Shown: positions 9,132 through 18,984, numbered from the stretch's first letter. The stretch is 63,119 bases of DNA from Thermoanaerobaculia bacterium (GCA_044226625.1 JBGAGQ010000034.1:1-63119), one strand, 5' to 3'. Numbers and translations: made by a program. Notes: generated by a model from the sequence alone, not told the origin.

Positions 9132-10127
9132 GTGACCACGTACGTCCCCATTGGAACGCCCCTGCTTTGGGGCGGTTTTCTGGCGCTCGTCTTCGCGCTG
9201 CTCGCGCTCGACCTCGGCGTCTTCAACCGCAAGGTGCATCGCGTCGGCCTCGGAGAGGCCATCGTCTGGAGCGTTGTCTGGACCCTGGTGGCCCTCGCGT
9301 TCAATGCCTGGGTCTACTTCCGTTTCGGTCACACACCGGGGGTGGAATTCCTCACGGCTTATGTGATCGAGCGAAGCTTGAGCTTCGACAACATCTTCGT
9401 TTTCATCGTCATCTTCAACTATTTCGCGGTCCAAGAGGAGCTCCACCATAGGGTTCTCTTCTGGGGCATCCTCGGCGCGCTGTTCGCCCGCGGTCTGTTC
9501 ATCGGCCTCGGCACGGCGCTGCTCGCGAAATTCGCCTGGCTCATCTACGTTTTCGGCGCGTTTCTCGTGATCACGGGATGGAAAGTCCTGCGCGAGAAGG
9601 AGACCAAAATCGAGCCGGAGCGCAACCCCGTGGTCAAGCTGTTCCGGCGGATGTTCCGGATCACGGAAAGCTACCGGGGGTTGAAGTTCTGGTCACGCGA
9701 GAACGGGCTGCTCTACGCGACGCCGCTGCTGCTGGTGCTCGTGGTGATCGAGGCGAGCGACGTGCTGTTCGCGGTCGATTCGATCCCCGCGGTGTTCGGC
9801 GTCACCCGCGATCCGTTCATCGCCTTTACCTCGAACATCTTCGCCATCCTGGGGCTGCGGGCGCTCTATTTCTTGCTCGCCGGTCTGATGCACAAGTTCG
9901 GCTATCTGAGCTACGGACTCGGCCTCGTCCTGATCTTCATCGGGGGGAAGATGGTCATCCACCCCTGGCTCGAGATCCCGATCGAGCTGTCGCTCGGCAT
10001 CGTGATCGTCATACTCGGCGCGTCGGTCGTAATTTCGCTCCTGCTTCCCCCCAAGGCCGAGCCGGACGCGAGCTCGAAACCGGCGGACGAATCAGCGCTG
10101 CCGGCGGCGGGAGCGCCTCCCGAGTAG
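9132..10127 (+). CDS. TerC/Alx family metal homeostasis membrane protein
   Basis: ERSLSFDNIFVF, DVLFAVDSIPA, TSNIFAILGLRALYF. Confidence 0.93.
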   Translation: MTTYVPIGTPLLWGGFLALVFALLALDLGVFNRKVHRVGLGEAIVWSVVWTLVALAFNAWVYFRFGHTPGVEFLTAYVIERSLSFDNIFVFIVIFNYFAVQEELHHRVLFWGILGALFARGLFIGLGTALLAKFAWLIYVFGAFLVITGWKVLREKETKIEPERNPVVKLFRRMFRITESYRGLKFWSRENGLLYATPLLLVLVVIEASDVLFAVDSIPAVFGVTRDPFIAFTSNIFAILGLRALYFLLAGLMHKFGYLSYGLGLVLIFIGGKMVIHPWLEIPIELSLGIVIVILGASVVISLLLPPKAEPDASSKPADESALPAAGAPPE

Positions 10128-10202
10128 GATCGCTCGCAAACGAGAAGTCCTCCGCGGCCTGTCCGCCCTTGCCGCTCGATTCGTTCCCTGAAGGAGGCTC
10201 CG

Positions 10203-11912
10203 ATGAAACGGCCGGTCGCCCTGTTCCTCCTTGCCGTCCTCTTTGTGATGGGCGGCCCGCTGCCGGGCGCCTTCGAGCCCGCCCCAATCGGGCGCGGCGG
10301 CGCGGTCGCCTCGAACGACCGGAGGGCGACGGCGGTGGGCCTGGAGATCCTCAAGAGCGGAGGCAACGCGGTCGACGCGGCGGTTGCCACCGCCCTGGCG
10401 CTCGCGGTGGTCTTTCCCGAGGCGGGAAATCTCGCGGGGGGCGGCTTTGCCGTGGTGCGCCAGAAGGGCGCTTTCTCGGCGCTCGACTTTCGGGAAGTGG
10501 CGCCCGCGGCGGCGCGCCGCGACATGTACCTCGACGAGCAGGGCGAGCCGAGGAAGGGAGCCTCGACCGTGGGCCCCCTCGCGACCGGTGTGCCCGGCAC
10601 GCCGATGGGCCTTTGGGTGCTGCACCGGAAATTCGGCAAGCTTCCCTGGAGCCGGCTGGTCGCGCCGGCCGAGCGCCTCGCGCGCGAAGGATTCATCGTC
10701 GATCGGCCCCTCCACGATCGGTTGCTCCATCCGGATCAGCAGCGCCTGGCTCAGTTTCCCGCGACGCAGGCGGTCTATCCGGTCGGCTCAGGGGCCCTCG
10801 CGATCGGAACGCCGATTCGCCAGCCGGCGCTCGCCCGGACGCTCGCCGCCTACGGCAAACGGGGGCCGGAAGCGATCACCACGGGCGAGGTCGCCGCGGC
10901 GATCGAGGCGGCGGCGAAGAAGCACGGTGGCGTGCTCACCGCCGCGGATCTCGCGGCCTACCGCCCGGCCTGGCGCGAGCCGCTCCGGTTCGAGTCGTTC
11001 GGATGGCAGATCGCCTCGATGCCGCTGCCCTCCTCGGGCGGTTTGATCCTGGGCGAGACGTTCGGCCAGCTGGAGCGCCTCGGCTGGGGCAAGCTCCCGC
11101 GTTTCGGCGCCGACCGGGCGCATCTGCTCGCCGAGGCGCTCCGGCGCTCGTTCGCCGACCGCTATCTGCTCGGTGATCCGGCGACCACGAAAGCCGACGC
11201 GGGGGAGTTGCTCGCCCCGTCCTGGCTGGACCGCCGGGCGGGGTCGATCGACCGGGCGAAAGCCTCGCCGTCGAGCTCGATCCACCCCTGGCCGGACGCG
11301 TCTCCTCCCGAGGAGAAGCCGGAGACCACGAGCCTCTCCGTGATCGACGGCGAGGGGAACCTGATCGCGCTCACGACCACGCTCAACGACCTGTTCGGCT
11401 GCGGCCTCTACGTGCCGGAGGTCGGTTTCTTGAACGACGAGATGGACGATTTCGCGACCGCGCCGGGACGCCCGAACCTGTTCGGCTTGATCCAGGGTGA
11501 GGCGAACGCCGTGGCGCCCGGCAAGAGGATGCTCTCCTCGATGGCGCCCTCGATCGCCTGGCGCGCGACGCCGGACGGCGAAGAGGCGATCGCGATCGGC
11601 GGTCGCGGCGGCTCGCGCATTCCGACCCACGTGGCGCAGGTGCTCCTAAACGTGATGGTCGACGGCGATTCGCTCGCCGAGGCGCTCGGCCGGCCGCGCC
11701 TCCACCACCAATGGCTCCCCGACCAGATCGAGGTCGAGCCCGACACCCTCTCGCCCGAGACGCAGGCCGAGCTGGAGCGCCGGGGGCACGTCTTGAAGCC
11801 GGCGGTCCTGGGCGCGCGGGTTTTCGCGGTCCACCGCCTGCCGGACGGCCGGATCGAGGCCGCGGGCGATCCGCGCGGCCCGAACGGCGGCGCCGTGGTC
11901 GAGCCGGAGTAA
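10203..11912 (+). CDS. ggt: gamma-glutamyltransferase
   Basis: GGNAVDAAVA, DFREVAP, nucleophile region ETTSLSVID, LNDEMDDF, PGKRMLSSMAP. Confidence 0.93.
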   Translation: MKRPVALFLLAVLFVMGGPLPGAFEPAPIGRGGAVASNDRRATAVGLEILKSGGNAVDAAVATALALAVVFPEAGNLAGGGFAVVRQKGAFSALDFREVAPAAARRDMYLDEQGEPRKGASTVGPLATGVPGTPMGLWVLHRKFGKLPWSRLVAPAERLAREGFIVDRPLHDRLLHPDQQRLAQFPATQAVYPVGSGALAIGTPIRQPALARTLAAYGKRGPEAITTGEVAAAIEAAAKKHGGVLTAADLAAYRPAWREPLRFESFGWQIASMPLPSSGGLILGETFGQLERLGWGKLPRFGADRAHLLAEALRRSFADRYLLGDPATTKADAGELLAPSWLDRRAGSIDRAKASPSSSIHPWPDASPPEEKPETTSLSVIDGEGNLIALTTTLNDLFGCGLYVPEVGFLNDEMDDFATAPGRPNLFGLIQGEANAVAPGKRMLSSMAPSIAWRATPDGEEAIAIGGRGGSRIPTHVAQVLLNVMVDGDSLAEALGRPRLHHQWLPDQIEVEPDTLSPETQAELERRGHVLKPAVLGARVFAVHRLPDGRIEAAGDPRGPNGGAVVEPE

Positions 11913-12028
11913 GAACCGACCCTAAATCGGCCGGTCCCAACCTACCCAAACGGCGGAGCGGGCGCACCCTCCGTTCCGGTTAGACTTGGGCGACAGATTT
12001 CGTCTTCGTGGAGCGAGGGAGCCCGATC

Positions 12029-13171
12029 ATGGTCCAAGTGCTCGTGCCGAAAGAGCGCCGGCCCGGCGAAACGCGCGTCGGCGCGACGCCGGAGACGGTG
12101 AAGAAGATGGTCAAAGAGGGTCTCGCCGTGGCGGTCGAGCGGGGAGCCGGAGCGGGCGCCTACTTCTCGGATGCCGATTACGAGGCGGCGGGAGCCGGGC
12201 TGACCGATCGCCCCGACTGGAGCGCGGCCGACGTGATCCTGAAAGTCGGACCGTTCGCCGACGACGAGTCGCCGAAATCCGGCGCGCTCGCGATCGGCCT
12301 CTTCGCCCCCCACGGCCCGATCGAGCGCGTGCAGCGCCTCGTGGCCGGCAACGTCTCCACCCTGTCGATGGAGCTCGTGCCGCGGATCACGCGCGCCCAA
12401 GGGATGGACGCCCTCTCCTCCCAGGCCTCGATCGCGGGGTACAAAGCGGTGCTGCTCGCCGCCGTCCATCTGCCGAAGTACCTGCCGCTCCTGATGACCG
12501 CCGCGGGGACGATCAAACCGGCGAAGATCGTCATCATGGGCGCGGGGGTCGCGGGGCTCCAGGCGATCGGCACCGCCCGACGGCTCGGCGCCGTGGTCGA
12601 GGTCTCGGATGTCCGGCCCGAGGTCAAGGAGCAGGTCGAGTCGCTCGGCGCCCGCTTCATCGAGCTGCCGATGCTCGAACAGGAAAGCGGCGCGGGCACA
12701 GGCGGTTACGCCCGTCAGATGGGCGAAGATTTCCTCAAGCGCCAGCGGGAGATCGTGCGCGAGCGCCTCACCACCGCGGACGCGGCGATCACCACCGCCC
12801 TGGTGCCGGGCAGGAAAGCCCCCACCCTCCTCACCCGCGAGATGGTCGAGGCGATGCGCCCCGGTTCCGTGATCATCGACCTCGCGGTCGAGCAGGGGGG
12901 CAACTGCGAGCTCTCCCAGGCCGACCAGGAGGTCGTCCACCAGGGCGTGCGCATCCTCGGTCCCTCGAACCTCCCCGCGACCCTCGCCCACGACGCGAGC
13001 ACCCTCTACGCCCGCAACGTCCTAGCCCTCCTCCTCCACGTGACGAAGAAAGGCGAGATGGCGCTCGACCCGGAAGAGGAAATCGTCAAGGCCACGCTCC
13101 TCACCCACGCCGGCCAAGTCATCCACGGCCCGACCGCGGAACGCCTGGCGAGCGCGGGGGCGGCAGGCTAA
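12029..13171 (+). CDS. pntAA: NAD(P) transhydrogenase alpha subunit part 1 (domain I only)
   Basis: PRITRAQGMDALSSQ, MTAAGTIKPA, GAGVAGLQAI, DLAVEQGGNC; no TM segments. Confidence 0.92.
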   Translation: MVQVLVPKERRPGETRVGATPETVKKMVKEGLAVAVERGAGAGAYFSDADYEAAGAGLTDRPDWSAADVILKVGPFADDESPKSGALAIGLFAPHGPIERVQRLVAGNVSTLSMELVPRITRAQGMDALSSQASIAGYKAVLLAAVHLPKYLPLLMTAAGTIKPAKIVIMGAGVAGLQAIGTARRLGAVVEVSDVRPEVKEQVESLGARFIELPMLEQESGAGTGGYARQMGEDFLKRQREIVRERLTTADAAITTALVPGRKAPTLLTREMVEAMRPGSVIIDLAVEQGGNCELSQADQEVVHQGVRILGPSNLPATLAHDASTLYARNVLALLLHVTKKGEMALDPEEEIVKATLLTHAGQVIHGPTAERLASAGAAG

Positions 13172-13246
13172 AACGCCCCGCGTCTCTTCAGGCTTCCAGG
13201 GGTACTTGGCGTCCTAGGTAGCCGAGGCGGGGCGCGAGCCGCCTGC

Positions 13247-13294
13247 CGAAAGAGGGTACTGTCTCCCGAAAGAGGGTACGAAAGAGGGTATTGT
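13247..13294 (+). promoter_or_regulatory. three identical 12-bp direct repeats CGAAAGAGGGTA overlapping a probable -10 (TATTGT) of the fic gene
   Basis: Copies at 13247, 13267 and 13279. TATTGT at 13289-13294 lies 7 nt before ATG 13302. Confidence 0.6.
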
Positions 13295-13301
13295 CTCTTC
13301 C

Positions 13302-14357
13302 ATGAGCTCCTTTCGGGGTGACTTCCTTCGGCGCTTACCCCTCCCGATGAGTGCGGCGTGGTTGCTCTCGGACATTGCGGAAGCGAAAGGGCGGCAGGAC
13401 GCGGTTCGCGCGGCACCGCAGGTTCTTACGACGCTTCGCGAGACGGCGCTAGTCCAGAGCGTCGAGTCCTCGAACCGGATCGAAGGCATCACCGTAGGGC
13501 CTGGCCGGATTCGCCCTTTGGTGCTCGGCGACGACCGGCCGCGCGACCGGTCGGAGGAGGAAATCCTCGGTTATCGGCGCGCCCTAGAGGTAGTCCATCT
13601 CCACGCGCGCGACCTGCCGATCGAAACGCGGCTCTTGCTCGATCTCCACGGCCGGGTGCAGGAAGGAGCTGGCGACGCCGGGCAGTGGAAGCGGGTGGAT
13701 AACGAGATCGTCGAGATCTTCCGCGGCGAGGCGCCGCGGATTCGCTTCCTACCGACGCCTGCGAGGGAAACACCCGCGGCCGTCGAGGAAATGTGTTTGG
13801 CCTACCGGGCGATCTCGAGCGAGCGGGAAGCCCCCCCTCTGGTCGAGATCGCGGCTTTCATCCTCGATTTCCTCTGTATCCATCCGTTCCGGGACGGCAA
13901 CGGCCGCGTTTCGAGGTTGCTCACACTCCTCACTCTCTACCAGAACGATTTCGAGGTCGGTCGCTTCGTAAGCCTGGAGCGTTTGATCGAGGAGTCGCGC
14001 GCCGACTACTACGAGGCGCTGCGAAAGAGCTCCATCGGTTGGCATGAAGGGAAGCACGACCTTCTCCCTTGGCTTCACTATTTTCTGGCTATCGTCCGCC
14101 GGGCCTACGTCGAGCTCGAGTCTCAGGTGCGCGATGCCGCGGCCTTCCCACGGGGTGCCAAGACCGCACAGATCGAAGCTGCGATCGCGCGATACCCAGG
14201 AGACTTTTCCCTCGGAGATCTCGAACGCGCCTGCCCGGGGGTGAGTCGAGAGTTGGCGAGGCGAGTCTTGAGGAAACTGAGCGAAGCGGGTCAGGTCGAG
14301 AGCTTGGGCCGGGGGCCGGGGGCGAGGTGGCGAAGGAAACAGCAGGCGCCGGAATAG
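13302..14357 (+). CDS. Fic family protein (class II) with C-terminal wHTH
   Basis: HPFRDGNGRVSR catalytic motif; SSNRIEG inhibitory motif; C-terminal ERACPGVSRELARRVLRKL...GRGPGARW. Confidence 0.93.
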   Translation: MSSFRGDFLRRLPLPMSAAWLLSDIAEAKGRQDAVRAAPQVLTTLRETALVQSVESSNRIEGITVGPGRIRPLVLGDDRPRDRSEEEILGYRRALEVVHLHARDLPIETRLLLDLHGRVQEGAGDAGQWKRVDNEIVEIFRGEAPRIRFLPTPARETPAAVEEMCLAYRAISSEREAPPLVEIAAFILDFLCIHPFRDGNGRVSRLLTLLTLYQNDFEVGRFVSLERLIEESRADYYEALRKSSIGWHEGKHDLLPWLHYFLAIVRRAYVELESQVRDAAAFPRGAKTAQIEAAIARYPGDFSLGDLERACPGVSRELARRVLRKLSEAGQVESLGRGPGARWRRKQQAPE

Positions 14358-14402
14358 GCGGTGTTGTCGCGTCTAGCATTGTTCTGAGCTCTGGAGGCGA
14401 AA

Positions 14403-14490
14403 ATGGATGTCCAGGCTGCGAAAGAGATAATCCAAGGCATCAGAGAAAATCGTGATAAGGAGTTTTCTCGGATCCAGAGGGAGGTTCCCG
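14403..14490 (+). pseudogene. 5' remnant of an unknown gene, fused to the antisense strand of mazF
   Basis: GGAGG-N5-ATG GAT GTC... reads MDVQAAKEIIQGIRENRDKEFSRIQREVP, then runs into reverse-complement mazF and stops at 14573. Confidence 0.45.
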
Positions 14491-14795
14491 TCGGACACGA
14501 AATCGTGAGGCAGATGGCCCATGTATTCGGCTCGGCGCTTTGCCCAATCGATGTTCTTGACCTGGTCAGCTAGCGCCCATCCGGAGACCGGCAGTTGATC
14601 CGGAAGCGCAACTTCGAAGGGATATCCCCTCACCTTGGTCGTTACCGGACAGATGGGCGCGAGGCAAACCCGCGCGTTGTAGGACTCCGGGGATAAGATG
14701 AGCGCGGGCCTTCGGCCTGCCTGTTCCTGCCCGGCCTGAGGGTTGAAGGTCAGGCGGACGGCGTCTCGTTGATCGGGGACGTAGGCACTTGCCAG
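14490..14795 (-). pseudogene. mazF: degenerate, 3'-truncated MazF/PemK toxin
   Basis: AYVPD...FNPQAGQEQAGRRPALILSPESYN...CPVTTKVRGYPFEV...LADQVKNIDW. No ATG/GTG at the natural start; similarity is lost near 14490. Confidence 0.8.
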
Positions 14796-15029
14796 ATCTC
14801 TTTGCCGACGGGAGCGCCAGTTTCGATCTCGTCGTGGAGGTACTCGTCCGTGATGCCCGCGAGCAACTGGTCGAGGGTCACCATTGGTTCGGGCCGGGGA
14901 AAGATCACGAGTTTGCCTCTTTCACTGCGTTTTCGATCGCCATGTCCGCGTCCAAGCCGACATCCTTGGCGAACACCCCTGGAATTCGAACTGCGAAGCT
15001 ATTTCCCGCCGCTGCATTTTGCCGTGCAT
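14789..15029 (-). pseudogene. mazE: MazE/AbrB antitoxin pseudogene
   Basis: Pieces MHGKMQR / GNSFAVRIP...IE / GKLVIFPRP...TLDQLLAGITDEYLHDEIETGAPVGKEIW lie in different frames (two frameshifts). The expected stop after W reads CAA. Confidence 0.85.
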
Positions 15030-15116
15030 TCCGTATCTTCCCGTATTTACAATGGCGAAATAATCTCTGGGCTCGTGAGCGCAACGGCGCGATCACAGAC
15101 CGGTGTTCAGCCTCCC

Positions 15117-17054
15117 TCACCCCACACACCCCAACCGCACCCGCTTCTTTTCCGCGCGATGCTCTGCAAGCGACAGCTCTTTGAAGGCGGGGAAATCGGC
15201 GGGCTCGACGAAGCGGATTTTCGTCTCGGCCGTCCGTTCGAGGACCGCGAGTCCTTCTTCGAAGCGGAGGGTTTGGCGGAAGCTGCCGAGGGCGTTTTCG
15301 GTCGCAGTGTCCTGAGGCTCGAGCTTGCACTCGGCTTCGGGGAGGCGGAAGCGCCAGATCGTCTTGGCGACGCCCGGGGAGAGGACGACCGGGATCGGAT
15401 TCGCGGCGCGGAGGTCGAGCACTCCCGCGGTCGGAGTGGCCGAGAGGGAGTTCGCTTGGAACGAGCGGGTGCCGTTGGCGAGCAGGCCGGGGATCGCGAT
15501 CTGGATCGTGGCCGTGGCGCGAGGAAGACCTTCGTGTTCCGGCTTCCAGGTGATCGGACCGAGGGTGGCCCCGGGGAAGAGTCCGGCGAAGACGGCGCGT
15601 AGGAAGGCGTCGATCTCGTTCGGCTGTTTGCTGGCGACAGATTCGATGTACCAGGCCGCCTGCCAGCCGGAAAGATCGAGCCGTGCCTGCCCTTTGGCGT
15701 CTCCCGTCGCGTCTCCCGTCGGTCCCACGCTCAGGTCGACCGTGAGCGTCCGCGCCTCGGATGCGGGGAGGGTCGGGGTCCGTACCAGCTCGCTCGCCTG
15801 GCCGCGATCACCGCGAACCACGAGGGCGTCCTGGTCCTGGACGTGCGGCGAAAGCCATTGAAGGGAAGAGCCGATCTCCTGTGTCGCGTCGACGAAGAGA
15901 TAGCCCCCAGCGACCGGGGCGTCGGGGGGAAGCTCGAGGCCGGCGGCCGGATCCGCGCGGATCGCCACGATCGCGTGGTTGAAATCGAACGGCGAAGGGA
16001 AGTCGCGGTCGATGCGTCCGGAGCGGTCGAGCCGGATCAGGACCGGGTAGGCCTCGATGCCGACCGCGGCGAGCAGGTCGACCAGGAGCACCGCCTTGTC
16101 CTTGCAGTCGCCGTATTTCTTGCCGATCGCCTCGGTGGGAGGGTGCGGCCGGTAGCCGCCGACGCCCACCTCGATCGCCACGTAGCGGACGTCGCGCTGG
16201 GCGTAGCGGGCGAGGGCGGCGATCTTCTCCCGCTTCGTCGCCTGCGCGGGAAGTGCACGGACGATCCGCTCCGCCTCGGCGCGCACCTCGGGAGCGCCTC
16301 GCGGGACGGCGGAGAGGAGCTGCGACCACCAGATGGCCACCCCTTGCCAGTCGGTCGCGCCGCCCCAGGCGAAACGAAGGATCGGCCCCGGGACGGACGG
16401 TGCCGAGTCGAGCGAACGGTGGGCGGGGAGGTCGCGGCCGATGATCCGCATGCCCCCGGCGAGCGGCTCGATCGAGAGGCCCACGGTCGGGCCGGAGACG
16501 TGGTAACGGAAGCTCGGCCCCGCGCCGCGAACTTCGACCGTCAGGACCGTTGTCCGGTCACGCCCCGGCGAAAGGTCGATCGCACTCCCGGGAAAGTAAG
16601 GCTGCTCGACCACGGCCGATTCGATCTCGATCGTCGAGCCGACCGGTCCCGCCGGAAGCTCGATCGTCCGCACTTTCAAGCCGCTGTGGAGCACGCCCGC
16701 CGAGCTGACCTCGGCGGTGTCCTGGCTCTTCTTGCCCGCCTCGAGGACGCCGCCGTCCGGTGAGATCGTTCGGGCGGCAAGGCGTTCGATCCGGCCGTTC
16801 TGATCGTAGGCGACCGGGTAGGGGGTCCAGGCGGCGAAATCCTCCGCCGCTTCGATCTTCACGCGGAGCTTCTCGGTCGTCCGTAGCGAGCCGTCCGGTT
16901 GCACCTCGGCGACGACGGTTCGTTCGAGCAGGGTCGCGGCGCGCGCGGCAGGGGTCGCCGAGATGCAGGCTACGCCCAGGAAGATGCCGAGCGCGGCGCC
17001 CACCCGGCGCCGGGCGCCCGGCTCAGCGCTTGAGCAGGACGAGGGCCTGGGCAT
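15117..17054 (-). CDS. DUF3857 + transglutaminase-like domain protein (catalytic triad present)
   Basis: VRYVAIEVGVGGYRP...YGDCKDKAVLL, FNHAIV, FVDAT; signal peptide. Confidence 0.9.
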   Translation of the reverse strand: MPRPSSCSSAEPGARRRVGAALGIFLGVACISATPAARAATLLERTVVAEVQPDGSLRTTEKLRVKIEAAEDFAAWTPYPVAYDQNGRIERLAARTISPDGGVLEAGKKSQDTAEVSSAGVLHSGLKVRTIELPAGPVGSTIEIESAVVEQPYFPGSAIDLSPGRDRTTVLTVEVRGAGPSFRYHVSGPTVGLSIEPLAGGMRIIGRDLPAHRSLDSAPSVPGPILRFAWGGATDWQGVAIWWSQLLSAVPRGAPEVRAEAERIVRALPAQATKREKIAALARYAQRDVRYVAIEVGVGGYRPHPPTEAIGKKYGDCKDKAVLLVDLLAAVGIEAYPVLIRLDRSGRIDRDFPSPFDFNHAIVAIRADPAAGLELPPDAPVAGGYLFVDATQEIGSSLQWLSPHVQDQDALVVRGDRGQASELVRTPTLPASEARTLTVDLSVGPTGDATGDAKGQARLDLSGWQAAWYIESVASKQPNEIDAFLRAVFAGLFPGATLGPITWKPEHEGLPRATATIQIAIPGLLANGTRSFQANSLSATPTAGVLDLRAANPIPVVLSPGVAKTIWRFRLPEAECKLEPQDTATENALGSFRQTLRFEEGLAVLERTAETKIRFVEPADFPAFKELSLAEHRAEKKRVRLGCVG

Positions 17055-18984
17055 CGCTCTTGGCGACCGCGGCGAACAGGTCGCGGACGAGGTCGCACTG
17101 TTCCCGGGTGGAGAGCTGCTTCTCCCGGACGGTGAACACGCGGTGAAGGGTCGCCTTCCGCGCCGGATCGTCGAGCTGGATCGAGAGGGAGAAGGAGCCC
17201 ACGGCCCCGTCGATTTCCGCCGTCTTCGGCGCGCTCTCGGCGTGCCAGCCCTCGGGCCAGACGATCTCGAAATCGACCTCCTCGGTGTAGGGATAGTCGA
17301 ACAGGATCGGCGAGCGGCGCTGGGCGGACGAGGCCGAGAAGGGCTCGGTCTGCGGTCCGAGCGGCCGGCTCGGCGCGAGCGTCGCTTCGTCGCCGAGGGC
17401 CTCCTCCTCTTTCTGGGTCATCTTCCAGCGCACCTCGACCGTGCGGGCCTCGATCGACTCCTCGGCGACGATCTCGGACAGGTCGTATCCCTCGAAACGC
17501 TCGCCGAGCCAGTCGTGCCAGGCCTCGGTCGTCTTCTCCGGCGTTTCGCGCCAACGGAGCCGGTCGGTCGCCGAGCTGCCCGAGAGCTGGAGGAGGCCGG
17601 TGCCGGACAGCCGACCCCCTTCTCCCACCGCGAGCCGGACGGTCGCCTTCTCGACGTTCTTTTCGGCGGGGCTCTGCGCGAGCACCACCCCCTCCGGCTT
17701 CTTGGGGTCGGGGAGCAGCGCCGCGGTGCCCTCGTAGTCGGCCTCGAGCTGGCCGAACCCGAGGCGCCGGTCGGTCGGATCGAGGTAGACCCGGCCGCCG
17801 TCCTTCGCGCCGAGCTCGACCGCGACCAGCACCCGATCGAACCAAGCGGGGTTGGCGACCTGGGGATCGATCAGCCCGGCGCTTCGCGGTGCCGCCCAGA
17901 CCGGGCGCGCGTCGAGCTTCGCCGCGTCGAGCATCGTCTCGAGCAGCAGCGCCTTCTCGGCCGCGGTGCCGCGCCCCGCGCGGAGGACCGCGTCGGCCGA
18001 CGGCTCGGTCCCGGTGAGGAAGATCCCGGTCTCGTCGTCGTCGAACGCGATCTCGTCGCGGACGAACGAATAGATCGCCGCGGCTTGATCACGCCGGGCG
18101 GCTCCCGCTTTCTGAGCGAGCGCCAGGGCCCTCTTGCCGCTGTCGCCGCCGCGGCGGTGCGCTTTGTCCCAGCTCTCATGAAGGAAATCGGAGGTCGCGG
18201 CCCAGCTCTCCATCAGCCGTTGGTGAACCGTCCCTTCGTCGAACACGGTGGGAACCAGCATGATCTGGGTAGCGAGATCGGCGAACGGCAATCCGTACGG
18301 CTCGTCGAGGATCGGCGGCAGGTTCTCCGCCCAGGCGCGCAGCGTGCGCCGGCCGAAATCTTTCCCCTGCTCGGTCTTGACGCCGATGCGGAACGGGTCC
18401 CGCATCCATGTCTGGACCCCGAGCGAGCTCGGGATGAGGTAGCGGATCTCCGCCGAGCGGACCGGGACGTCGGAAGAGAAGTAAAACGGCTCGAGATAGA
18501 AGATGTTGTCGAACCGCAGCTCGTACTCGGCGTCGAGGATCGCCCCGACCTCGACGCTCGGAAAGGCGATCGACGTCACGTAGTACCGCTTGCTCTTGGA
18601 CAGCTTGCGTTCGAACTTGGCGTCCTTCGGCAGGTCGACCGCCCGGCCGTCGGGCAGGACGGTGCGCGCGGTGAGGCTGAACAGCCGGACGAACGAGGAA
18701 TGGAAGAGCTGGATCTCGGCTCGCTCCTTGCCCTGCTCGGTGAGGATCTTCACCCGCTCCTTGATCACCAGGCGCGACGACACGTCGCTGCTCGCCGGAT
18801 CCATCATCCGAAATTCGGCCTTGCGGAACAGGACGACGGCCCGAGCGTTCGGCGCGCCGGCCACCTGGGTGAGCGCCTTTTCTTCCGGCGTGATCGGCGG
18901 GAACTCGGCCCGCGCGGCGGCGGGGAGGAAGCCGCGGCCGGCGAGCAGGGCGAGGGCGAGAAGCCAGTGCGAATGTCGGGACAT
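17023..18984 (-). CDS. DUF3857 + transglutaminase-like domain protein (catalytic Cys absent)
   Basis: GRGTAAEKALLL in place of GDCKD; FPSVEVGAILD; YLDPT; GGAGG RBS before ATG 18984. Confidence 0.88.
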   Translation of the reverse strand: MSRHSHWLLALALLAGRGFLPAAARAEFPPITPEEKALTQVAGAPNARAVVLFRKAEFRMMDPASSDVSSRLVIKERVKILTEQGKERAEIQLFHSSFVRLFSLTARTVLPDGRAVDLPKDAKFERKLSKSKRYYVTSIAFPSVEVGAILDAEYELRFDNIFYLEPFYFSSDVPVRSAEIRYLIPSSLGVQTWMRDPFRIGVKTEQGKDFGRRTLRAWAENLPPILDEPYGLPFADLATQIMLVPTVFDEGTVHQRLMESWAATSDFLHESWDKAHRRGGDSGKRALALAQKAGAARRDQAAAIYSFVRDEIAFDDDETGIFLTGTEPSADAVLRAGRGTAAEKALLLETMLDAAKLDARPVWAAPRSAGLIDPQVANPAWFDRVLVAVELGAKDGGRVYLDPTDRRLGFGQLEADYEGTAALLPDPKKPEGVVLAQSPAEKNVEKATVRLAVGEGGRLSGTGLLQLSGSSATDRLRWRETPEKTTEAWHDWLGERFEGYDLSEIVAEESIEARTVEVRWKMTQKEEEALGDEATLAPSRPLGPQTEPFSASSAQRRSPILFDYPYTEEVDFEIVWPEGWHAESAPKTAEIDGAVGSFSLSIQLDDPARKATLHRVFTVREKQLSTREQCDLVRDLFAAVAKSDAQALVLLKR

